Assembly (NCBI RefSeq): GCF_000698785.1 | Contig: NZ_CP007536.1 | Location: 2,160,001 to 2,192,000 of the forward strand | Origin: Nitrososphaera viennensis EN76 | GTDB taxonomy: Archaea > Thermoproteota > Nitrososphaeria > Nitrososphaerales > Nitrososphaeraceae | Direction of reading: 5' to 3' | Length of the DNA: 32,000 nt | In this document: piece after piece, positions 14,924-22,788 of the stretch | Position numbering within the stretch: the stretch's first letter is position 1 | Layout of the letters: each line of letters opens with the position of its first letter | The notes under the pieces: model-generated | What the model was told of the DNA's origin: nothing | The model's database searches: none | What the model saw: only the letters and a program-made list of their open reading frames with translations | Translations under genes and position numbers: made by a program

Positions 14924-17004
14924 GTTTGAATCGCACTATTATAGGATTGAAAGCAGGCTAAGGATGCGTTGTCGGAGTGGAACATAGAGGTTTGAATCGC
15001 ACTATTATAGGATTGAAAGGAAGTACCAGGTATTGAGAGAGATGGTAGAAGTAGAGTTTGAATCGCACTATTATAGGATTGAAAGTACGGCAATTCGGCA
15101 AGGATAGCCCACAGGCTAGTTTGAATCGCACTATTATAGGATTGAAAGTCAGCAATCATCCCCCGGATGTTGCCGTTAATCATGGTTTGAATCGCACTAT
15201 TATAGGATTGAAAGTAGTTGGCGCCGCTGTCGTTGCAGCCGTCGCATCCGTGTTTGAATCGCACTATTATAGGATTGAAAGCAGTTAGCAGACTATCAAT
15301 ACAACATCTGGCAGTCGGGTTTGAATCGCACTATTATAGGATTGAAAGACAATCCACAGTTAGGTACAGGCATACCATCAAGTGTGTTTGAATCGCACTA
15401 TTATAGGATTGAAAGGTTTGGGTACGGCAGGGATTTTGTCTTTGCCCTTTAGGTTTGAATCGCACTATTATAGGATTGAAAGTAAAGAGACCGAGGCCGA
15501 TGATTCCAACCACTATGCCGTTTGAATCGCACTATTATAGGATTGAAAGCTTTGAGACGACCTTCCGCCTTCCATAGTCGTATTTGTTTGAATCGCACTA
15601 TTATAGGATTGAAAGAATATGATAAAGGATAGGTTATACGCTCCATGTCCTGTTTGAATCGCACTATTATAGGATTGAAAGTTGTAAAAGGAGTGCCAAG
15701 AACTACGTTTTTGATTGGTTTGAATCGCACTATTATAGGATTGAAAGAGCAGGGAGTTTCTCCCGTTCTCTCATCATTACCCAGTTTGAATCGCACTATT
15801 ATAGGATTGAAAGTAAAGCGCGCCGTGGCGCGTGCCGCTCGCCTCCACGTTTGAATCGCACTATTATAGGATTGAAAGCCCCCTTACTTGCCGTTGCTCA
15901 GTGCGTTCAACGCTGGTTTGAATCGCACTATTATAGGATTGAAAGCTGTTAACAATTTGGATGTCAAGCCCCACATACTTAGTTTGAATCGCACTATTAT
16001 AGGATTGAAAGGCAGCAGGTGCCGGCAATCCGGACGCAATAATGAGTGTTTGAATCGCACTATTATAGGATTGAAAGCCGCTTGACGACGACTTTGAAGA
16101 CGACGACGCTCCCGTTTGAATCGCACTATTATAGGATTGAAAGAAAAAGTTAAAGAATTGGCAAAAAGCGTGCCTGCTCGTTTGAATCGCACTATTATAG
16201 GATTGAAAGATTGTTGCAGTAAAGATATGGCCTATTTGCGCGCTAGTTTGAATCGCACTATTATAGGATTGAAAGAATATCCTTGGGAAATCACGTTGAT
16301 GTCTAGCCATCGTTTGAATCGCACTATTATAGGATTGAAAGAGCACCATGAAAGGAATCTTGCGCTTGCGTTTTTTGGTTTGAATCGCACTATTATAGGA
16401 TTGAAAGTAATTTGGCTCTCTGAAAGACCGCCCCACATGCTCTGTTTGAATCGCACTATTATAGGATTGAAAGGGTAGACAAATACGGTAATGGGGTGGG
16501 CCTGGTAAAGTTTGAATCGCACTATTATAGGATTGAAAGGGTTATCAGGACCATCAACAGCCCAAGCACAATTAAGTTTGAATCGCACTATTATAGGATT
16601 GAAAGGACGTTCCACCGCCGCCAGTGGAAGGCGGGCTGCCGCGTTTGAATCGCACTATTATAGGATTGAAAGATCTCCAAACCAAGTAGTAAATGCGTAT
16701 GGTATCAAGGTTTGAATCGCACTATTATAGGATTGAAAGCTTCAACGCTCAACGAGGATAACCCGATGTCGCTCGTTTGAATCGCACTATTATAGGATTG
16801 AAAGACCGGGCCATGCCTTGTTTTACTCGTCCGCATGGCTCGTTTGAATCGCACTATTATAGGATTGAAAGAGGTCTATCTTGCAACCGGCAAAAAGATC
16901 GCAATAGAGTTTGAATCGCACTATTATAGGATTGAAAGAGTTCATGAGAGCACTGCAGGTGGTATTTACCTAGAGTTTGAATCGCACTATTATAGGATTG
17001 AAAG
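14924..17004 (+). CRISPR. CRISPR array of 32 identical 30-bp repeats GTTTGAATCGCACTATTATAGGATTGAAAG and 31 unique spacers
   Basis: I enumerated every repeat start, from 14924, 14990, 15056 and 15119 through 16842, 16909 and 16975. Spacers are 33-37 bp, mostly 36. No repeat variant was seen, and the terminal repeat is also perfect. Confidence 0.98.
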
Positions 17005-17053
17005 TTACAGAGGGTTTGGTTACCGACGTATCCGCCACGGATGATGGTCTTGA

Positions 17054-17094
17054 TTTTTCAAGTAACGAAAGTCTCATGTGACGAGACTCGTCAC
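17054..17094 (+). terminator. Possible pre-crRNA terminator: a T5 tract followed by a hairpin
   Basis: TTTTT at 17054-17058 lies 50 nt after the last repeat. Two alternative hairpins follow: GTCTC/GAGAC (17071-17087) and GTGACGA/TCGTCAC (17078-17094). Confidence 0.3.
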
Positions 17095-17329
17095 AGAAGA
17101 GCTGTTCCGACCTTTTTACAATGAGCAAATTGAATACAACGTGTAAAACTATATAATTTGCCTGCGGTTATTAACCCGATATGTCCGAAATCAACCGTTT
17201 GAGTTCGGACTCGATATCTGCAGAATCCGGGAACCACCGGGCCCGCTAAATGTATAACCACCATCGGACGATGGAATATTGCTCAAATGATGACCTGTTA
17301 TCCAAGGGAGCGATGAGGCGATGACCACC

Positions 17330-18049
17330 TTACGACGGTCTGATGAGTGCACTATGCAACTGTATCATGATGCGCGCAGTCGCGCCCCAGATGACGTTTC
17401 CCCTGTACGTGAACCTGTACGCGTTCTTTGAAAGGTGAAAGTGCTCGGTGTCCGGCTCCATCGTTTCAAGCGTCTCTATCAGGGGGGCGTCAAGCACCTC
17501 CTCCACCTCGTGCGCAGAGACGCGGTAGCGCGGGAGCATGTCCTGCACGGTCACAAACGGCACGATGTAGTGGTTTGAAGTCATCGTCCTGACTACCTGC
17601 AGGCTTCCTGCAATGTCCTTTGGCGAAAACACTATCCCGACCTCCTCCTGCGTCTCGCGCAGCGCGGTTTCAAGGAGCGTCGCGTCGCCCTCCGCGTGCC
17701 TGCCGCCGGGAAAAGAGATCTCGCTTCCGTGCGACTTTAGCCCCGCGCTCCTCTTTGTCAAAAAGACGTGCGGCACGCCACCGTGATGGTAGTGGATTAT
17801 GACAAGCACCGCCGACGGTATCGAGGTCGCGGCATCCTGCGGCATGTGCACGCTTTTTTTATTTGCCAGCGCGCCTGCCAGACGCTGCAGGAGCTCCTCC
17901 TTTTGCACGACGTTTCTTTGCGCGCGCTGGTTAAATTCCGTTACGGAAAAAGAAGTGTAGCTGGCCAAAAAGAGGGGAGAGAAGGGGTCAGACGCGGTAG
18001 CTGCCCATCTCTTGCGCCGGTATGTCGACAAGCACCTGCGAGCCGTCAA
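17330..18049 (-). CDS. Nudix hydrolase, CoA pyrophosphatase type
   Basis: The Nudix box is GGRHAEGDATLLETALRETQEEVGI. The upstream CoA-type motif is FLTKRSAGLKSHGSEISFPGG. The annotated start overlaps the upstream gene by 62 bp, so the true start is probably internal (TTG/GTG or M69). Confidence 0.85.
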   Translation of the reverse strand: MTARRCLSTYRRKRWAATASDPFSPLFLASYTSFSVTEFNQRAQRNVVQKEELLQRLAGALANKKSVHMPQDAATSIPSAVLVIIHYHHGGVPHVFLTKRSAGLKSHGSEISFPGGRHAEGDATLLETALRETQEEVGIVFSPKDIAGSLQVVRTMTSNHYIVPFVTVQDMLPRYRVSAHEVEEVLDAPLIETLETMEPDTEHFHLSKNAYRFTYRGNVIWGATARIMIQLHSALIRPS

Positions 18050-18248
18050 AGGACTCTACGCGCGACTTGGGTATCTTGTATATCCTCGACCTGGTGCCAA
18101 GGACTACAATAGAGTCCTGCTCTTCGGAGGCGATGTTTCCAAGCGGCATGCCGTCCTTTGTCCTGACTCCCTTGTGTATCACGCGGTCCCAGCGCAGTAC
18201 GGCCGGTTCAGACGACGATTGCATTCTTTTTGTTCGCCTGATAATCAT
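17988..18248 (-). CDS. Small PRC-barrel-like protein
   Basis: 86 aa. The pattern HKGVRTKDGMPLGNIASEEQDSIVVL...IPKSRVESFDGSQVLVDIP resembles PRC-barrel domains (V...dG..lG.v.....d.ivv....ip...v). Confidence 0.55.
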   Translation of the reverse strand: MIIRRTKRMQSSSEPAVLRWDRVIHKGVRTKDGMPLGNIASEEQDSIVVLGTRSRIYKIPKSRVESFDGSQVLVDIPAQEMGSYRV

Positions 18249-18359
18249 ATGCCCAGTTTTGGTATTAAGGCTCGCTTAACCATGTACATTAACACGGTTA
18301 CGCACTACTATGCTGCGCTGGAACCTGTAAATAACATGGCTGGGTAACAACAATATCTC

Positions 18360-18820
18360 ATGTCGGCAAGCCCCGTACGGACAATCATGGTCCCCATTGA
18401 CGGCTCTGAAAACGCCCACCGCGCTGCGTCCTTTGCTGTCGACCTGGCGCACAGGTACGGCGCAGGGCTTCTCGTAGTCCACGCGCTTGAATTAAACCAG
18501 AGCCTCGTGTCACTCGGCGTTTACGGGGCCGCGTACCCGCAAAACATCGACAAGATACTTGAAGCGGCGGGCAAGGAAGCCGCTCCCTGGTTTGACCGCG
18601 TAAAAAGGAAGCAGATGCCCTCAACGTCCGGATGAAGAGCGAGGTCATACACGCCCCGCTGTCGCTTGTGGGCGAGATTGTAAACTATGCAGAAGTGAAC
18701 AATGCCAGCCTCATAGTGATAGGGAGCAAGGGCCGCACCGGCTTTAAGAAGCTCTTGATGGGAAGCGTCTCTTCGGGCGTCGTCACGTACGCGCCCTGCC
18801 CCGTGCTTGTCGTGAAATAA
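18360..18820 (+). pseudogene. Universal stress protein (UspA family) split by a frameshift in an A5 run
   Basis: ORF 18360-18635 gives the Usp N-terminal half (IMVPIDGSENAHRAASFAVDLA). ORF 18632-18820 gives the C-terminal half (LIVIGSKGRTGFKKLLMGSVSSGVVTYAPCPVLVV). Adding one A to AAAAA at 18602-18606 yields a continuous reading ...WFDRVKKEADALNVRMKSEVIH... Confidence 0.75.
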
Positions 18821-18832
18821 TGATGATTGTTG

Positions 18833-18988
18833 TCACGAGGGAGGAGGCTGCTGCTTGTCAGTGCTTTCCTTTGCAGCCGCCCTGTCTTTGGTCCTCTTTT
18901 TGAGGAACCAGAGGCCGATGATGCCTGCGGCTGAAGCAATCACCATTTCAATGACAAGCTGCGTCCCTTCAGCGTCAAGGAGTGCCAT
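18833..18988 (-). CDS. Possible small single-pass membrane protein (51 aa)
   Basis: An ATG at 18988 gives MALLDAEGTQLVIEMVIASAAGIIGLWFLKKRTKDR..., one hydrophobic helix followed by a basic tail. No homology is recognisable. Confidence 0.3.
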   Translation of the reverse strand: MALLDAEGTQLVIEMVIASAAGIIGLWFLKKRTKDRAAAKESTDKQQPPPS

Positions 18989-19090
18989 GATATATATGCC
19001 GCCTGTGTTATCGCAGCCGCCACATAATATGGTAGTGCTGTTGGGCCTGCCATGATGACTTGAAAAACAGGCCTGTGTGCTGCGCAAGAA

Positions 19091-19276
19091 TCAAGCCGAC
19101 TTGGCCTTTACCTCTATCTTTTTGTACGCGACCCTGCAGTAGCCGTGGATGTGCGTCACGTCGTCCATCCTCTCGCACCTGGGGCAGGTCCATATGACAT
19201 ATTCCTGGCAGACGGTGCAGATGGCAGTCGGCGAAAGATACTCGCCGCACGCCCTGCATGATATTTTGTGACTCAT
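19091..19276 (-). CDS. Small zinc-ribbon protein
   Basis: 61 aa with three CXXC pairs (CRAC, CTVC, CPRC) and a basic C-terminus. Confidence 0.6.
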   Translation of the reverse strand: MSHKISCRACGEYLSPTAICTVCQEYVIWTCPRCERMDDVTHIHGYCRVAYKKIEVKAKSA

Positions 19277-19434
19277 CGTCCTGTTTTCTCCAATTATTGT
19301 AACGTCAGTTGCAATTCTTCTATTGCACGTATAAGAACATTATGCAACAAAATCACCTGCAAATAATAGTAAAACGGGCACGTTAACATGGTTAAGCTTT
19401 GTTCTAATACAATTTCGTCGCATGACGTGATGAT

Positions 19435-19785
19435 ATGGTATCTGGCAAGTTAGGGATCGGCGCGATACTGGTGGTCATCGGGATAGGCGGAATCGCGTAC
19501 GCCATGCCAATCGAGGCAAATTCAATGGTGGTGGACGGCAACAGCCCTGTCATATACGGCAAGGCGCCCCATTCGCCGCTTCCGTCCTCCATGGTGCCGT
19601 ACGTCGGGATAGTGGCAGCCTCTGCCGCGTCGCTTGTCATTGGCATCACGTTTCTGTCAGTCGGGCATATGGAAGTGTTCAAGCCAAAAAGCGTGCCTGC
19701 ACCCAAGGCGAAGGCGGAAAAGGAGAAAGAAGAAAAAGAAGCGGCCAGCCAGTCGTCGCCCAAACACGCAGCAGACGCGGCCTAG
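19435..19785 (+). CDS. Small membrane protein with a K/E-rich tail
   Basis: 116 aa with an ATG start and two hydrophobic helices. The C-terminus is KPKSVPAPKAKAEKEKEEKEAAS. Confidence 0.55.
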   Translation: MVSGKLGIGAILVVIGIGGIAYAMPIEANSMVVDGNSPVIYGKAPHSPLPSSMVPYVGIVAASAASLVIGITFLSVGHMEVFKPKSVPAPKAKAEKEKEEKEAASQSSPKHAADAA

Positions 19786-19937
19786 CCTGGTCGCTCCTGC
19801 ATTTTTATGATCGACAACATATGTCTTGAATGGGCGAAAAACATTCTGACATTTCAAATTGGCCACAGTAAAGGTGCAGGCACTGTGCACCTCTGCATCA
19901 TTTAATAAGGCGCAGGGGTGCCAAATTCCGGCCTGCG

Positions 19938-20705
19938 ATGAAGATAGCGTACGAGCTGAACCCGCCCAAGGTGGCAAGGGAAGGGCGCTTTGACCAGCGG
20001 CGCCTCGACAGCGACATGGAAGCCCTGAAAGGGCGCGCGTCGCAACTGGGCAGGCATCACGTTGTTGACGGCATACACCTCACCGACTCTGTCCTTGGCG
20101 TGCCCCGTGTGTCAAGCATCACCGCTGCGTCGTTTGTGAAAAAGGCCGCAAAAGGCGTAAAATTGAGCTGCAGCATAAGGACAAGCGACCGGAACATCAT
20201 CACGCTCTGCCAGGCAGCGGCTGACGCCGTCATATCCGAGATCGACAGCCTGTTGATACTTCTTGGCGACGCGCCTACAGACGGCCGCAATTCGGGATTA
20301 AAGCCGTCGCAGGCAGTCAAGATGCTTCGCGACCAGGGATTTGACCGCAAGGTAAAGCTGGACCTGTCGTTTCCCGCAAAAATCGCCGACAAGAACGCGC
20401 CGGCGATACGGGCCAAGCTCGACGCAAGGCCGCACGCGCTTGTCACGCAGTCGATATCGTCGCTTTCCGACCTTGGCGAAATAGTCGATTTTGTCAAGCC
20501 GCACGGCATCAGCGTTGTTGCGTGCATCATGGTGCCCTCTGAAAAGAACGAGCAGTCTGCCAGGATGATCGGCCTTGACTGGTCCGGCTACAAAAAAGAG
20601 CCGGCGGAATTTGTGAAAAAGGCAGGCAGGATGGCAGGAATGGTGCTCCTCACCTCGCCCAACAGCTTTTCGTCAGGCATTGATCTCCTTAAACAGCTAG
20701 GATAA
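19938..20705 (+). CDS. Methylenetetrahydrofolate reductase (MetF/MTHFR)-like TIM-barrel protein
   Basis: 255 aa. Its blocks are colinear with MetF: AYELNPPK (cf. FEFFPPRT), IHLTDSV (cf. VSVTYGA), LLILLGDAP (cf. VALRGD) and ALVTQ (cf. AITQ). It lies near the methionine synthase genes. Confidence 0.55.
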   Translation: MKIAYELNPPKVAREGRFDQRRLDSDMEALKGRASQLGRHHVVDGIHLTDSVLGVPRVSSITAASFVKKAAKGVKLSCSIRTSDRNIITLCQAAADAVISEIDSLLILLGDAPTDGRNSGLKPSQAVKMLRDQGFDRKVKLDLSFPAKIADKNAPAIRAKLDARPHALVTQSISSLSDLGEIVDFVKPHGISVVACIMVPSEKNEQSARMIGLDWSGYKKEPAEFVKKAGRMAGMVLLTSPNSFSSGIDLLKQLG

Positions 20706-20715
20706 CTGTTAAAAT

Positions 20716-20829
20716 TCAGTACTGAGAGATGCGACTCGCAATTTTTAAAGCGATTTTTCTAATTCCAAGATCTCGATCATGATACTCCTCAATGATCTCT
20801 TGCCATGATAATCTAATCACATTACTCAT
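20716..20829 (-). CDS. Possible 37-aa HTH-like mini-ORF or gene fragment
   Basis: My own translation is MSNVIRLSWQEIIEEYHDRDLGIRKIALKIASRISQY. It resembles the N-terminal HTH of transposase/resolvase-type proteins. It lies in the AT-rich islet and is below the ORF-track size cutoff. Confidence 0.2.
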   Translation of the reverse strand: MSNVIRLSWQEIIEEYHDRDLGIRKIALKIASRISQY

Positions 20830-20908
20830 AAGCGAACAAATGCGTAGTAGTAATAGTAGTCCAAAATGCGAGTGAACTAGAGATAATTAACACATTCAAG
20901 ACACATCC

Positions 20909-21220
20909 CTAATAAATGGGCTCCCAGCCACGCGTCACTCTTATAACATCAAGCAGGCCAGAATAACTGCACGTTGAGCAGCGTTTCAGGTTCTCCGTAG
21001 GATCGCCATCAAACGTTGCTATAGTAATCTCCTCATTGCATTTGGGACACCTTGCTTTAATCCAGATGCATTCTCCCATATTCTTGACAGCTTTATTATT
21101 GCAGACAACGCAAGTGCCATGCATATACATCTGGCCGTTTACTCTCACCTCGCTGTGATAAAGCGTAAACTGCCTATCCAGCCTGCAAACCTCGCAGTAT
21201 GTTACAAAGTTGAATGACAA
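20909..21220 (-). CDS. Cysteine-rich double zinc-ribbon protein
   Basis: 103 aa with a TTG start and four CXXC pairs (CEVC, CVVC, CPKC, CSTC). It is embedded in an AT-rich segment flanked by GC-rich genes. Confidence 0.55.
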   Translation of the reverse strand: MSFNFVTYCEVCRLDRQFTLYHSEVRVNGQMYMHGTCVVCNNKAVKNMGECIWIKARCPKCNEEITIATFDGDPTENLKRCSTCSYSGLLDVIRVTRGWEPIY

Positions 21221-21332
21221 CAGCCACTTAAGATAAGCTACAACAATGACTTAACGTTTCACCTCATGTGCGTGCCCTAGAGTAAACGAAGAAAATGCAA
21301 GCGCGTTAGACGTTTTTGTTATTTAGGAAAAT

Positions 21333-22121
21333 CTAGAGCTCCCTGGCTGCTATCTCGCCTTTCAGCTCGTCAAGGACCTTGCGCTGGTACTCGCGCAGCC
21401 CGTCGTCCTCCGGCAGGCGCGGCCTGCGGTAGTCGACTGCCACCTCTTTCTTTATCGTGCCGGGCCTTTTCGTGAACACGACGACCTTGTCGCCAAGGCA
21501 CACCGACTCGGTGATGTTGTGCGTGATAAACACGATTGTCTTTTTTGTGCGCGCCCAGATCAGCTGCAGTTCGACAAGCAAAAGGTCGCGCGTCTGGCTG
21601 TCAAGCGCGGCAAAGGGCTCGTCCATCAGGAGCACCTCGGGATCGATGGCAAGGGCCCGCGCTATTGCCACGCGCTGCTTCATGCCGCCGGACAGCTGGT
21701 ACGTGTAGGCGTCTGCGAATTTCGTGAGCTGCATCATTTCGAGGTACTGCATCGCTATCCCGTTGCGCTTTGCCTTCTCGACCCCCTTTACCATCAGGCC
21801 GAACTCGACGTTGTCAATGACACGCAGCCACGGAAAGAGCGCGTTTTCCTGGAAGACCATTATCCTCTCCGGGCCGGTCTCTGTCACCGGCTTGCCGTCA
21901 AGCACCACCTCTCCCTCGCTTGGCCTGTCAAGCCCTGCAAGTATGTTCAAAAGGGTCGTCTTGCCGCAGCCGGACGGGCCGACGAGGCAGACGAACTGGC
22001 CATCCTCTATCGACAGGTTGATGTTGCTTATGGCCGATACCTGGGCCTGGTCGCCGCCACCACCGTTGCCTTGCACGGAGTTAAAGTGCTTGCCGATGTT
22101 GCGCGCTTCAAGTTTTGCCAT
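21333..22121 (-). CDS. ABC transporter ATP-binding protein (nitrate/sulfonate/taurine NitT/TauT-type)
   Basis: Walker A is GPSGCGKTT, the signature is LSGGMKQR and Walker B is LLMDEPFAALD. No permease or binding-protein gene is adjacent in the window. Confidence 0.9.
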   Translation of the reverse strand: MAKLEARNIGKHFNSVQGNGGGGDQAQVSAISNINLSIEDGQFVCLVGPSGCGKTTLLNILAGLDRPSEGEVVLDGKPVTETGPERIMVFQENALFPWLRVIDNVEFGLMVKGVEKAKRNGIAMQYLEMMQLTKFADAYTYQLSGGMKQRVAIARALAIDPEVLLMDEPFAALDSQTRDLLLVELQLIWARTKKTIVFITHNITESVCLGDKVVVFTKRPGTIKKEVAVDYRRPRLPEDDGLREYQRKVLDELKGEIAAREL

Positions 22122-22150
22122 TTTCTTTTTCTTCCTCCTCTTCCTCTTTT

Positions 22151-22717
22151 TTATACCAGGTCGCTCATGTCACCAAACTGCTTCATCTTTTGCTCCCTGC
22201 GCCTGTCAATAAACGTGATGGCGCCCCCTGCCACAATGACGATTATTCCTGCAATGAGCAAGAGCATCGCGATCGCCGTGGAAACGGCGTTTGGCATGCT
22301 GATGACCTCGCTCACTACCTGCTCCTCGCCAAATATCACCGACGCGTCAAGCGAGGCGTTGCCTAGGTTTGAAATGGTGATGGTGTAGTTGCCCTGCTTC
22401 TGGGCCGCAAAAAGCTCGTTAGCGATGGGAGGGCTCAGGTTTCTCTCCAGCACCGATTCGCCGTCAGGGTCGCTGACGCTGACTGCGGCCTGCACGGGCC
22501 CTGCTGCCGGGTAATTCGGAAACGCCACGACGTACGCGCCCCTGCCGGACGTGATGTTTCCCTGCAGGTCAAGCCTGGCTTCCGGCGCAATGGTGTGCAT
22601 GTTTTTCTGCTGTATTTCCCTGAGGAACTGGGAGGCGTAATAGCTGCTTGCTATAAAGCTAAAGGCGACGATGGCGCCTCCTGCAATGAGCAAAATGTGC
22701 CCCCTTCTCAGCCTCAA
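22151..22717 (-). CDS. Bitopic membrane protein with a beta-rich ectodomain; paralog of ORF 1039-1587
   Basis: 188 aa with the same architecture and shared motifs as 1039-1587. It ends 29 nt upstream of the ABC ATPase start on the same strand. Confidence 0.75.
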   Translation of the reverse strand: MRLRRGHILLIAGGAIVAFSFIASSYYASQFLREIQQKNMHTIAPEARLDLQGNITSGRGAYVVAFPNYPAAGPVQAAVSVSDPDGESVLERNLSPPIANELFAAQKQGNYTITISNLGNASLDASVIFGEEQVVSEVISMPNAVSTAIAMLLLIAGIIVIVAGGAITFIDRRREQKMKQFGDMSDLV

Positions 22718-22788
22718 TTTCTGACGTTCCTAAGCCATGCACGGATATAATCTTATCAAGGTGCGGATTGAGAAGATTTCTCCGGCTC

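Noticed and set aside
17014-17043. A possible degenerate 33rd repeat beginning GTTTGG just after the array.
   Set aside because: It starts only 9 nt after the last repeat instead of about 36, and it matches the repeat at about 12 of 30 positions, mostly the first five bases.
14887-17044. Many ORF-track entries of 65-190 aa on both strands with repeating peptides (FQSYNSAIQT, FNPIIVRFK, LNRTIIGLK).
   Set aside because: They are translations of the 30-bp CRISPR repeat in different frames. The periodicity equals the repeat-spacer unit, so they are not genes.
17988-18049. A 62-bp overlap between the Nudix ORF start and the end of the PRC-barrel gene, as a possible functional overlap.
   Set aside because: It is more simply explained by an over-extended Nudix model. 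The first ~25 residues (MTARRCLSTYRRKRWAATAS) are Arg-rich out-of-frame readings of the neighbouring gene.
18989-19087. The long TTG-start version of ORF 18833-19087 (84 aa).
   Set aside because: The N-terminal 33 aa (MRSTQACFSSHHGRPNST...) look non-proteinaceous and begin 4 nt after the upstream gene's stop. Only the ATG-started 51-aa membrane peptide is plausible, and even that has low confidence.
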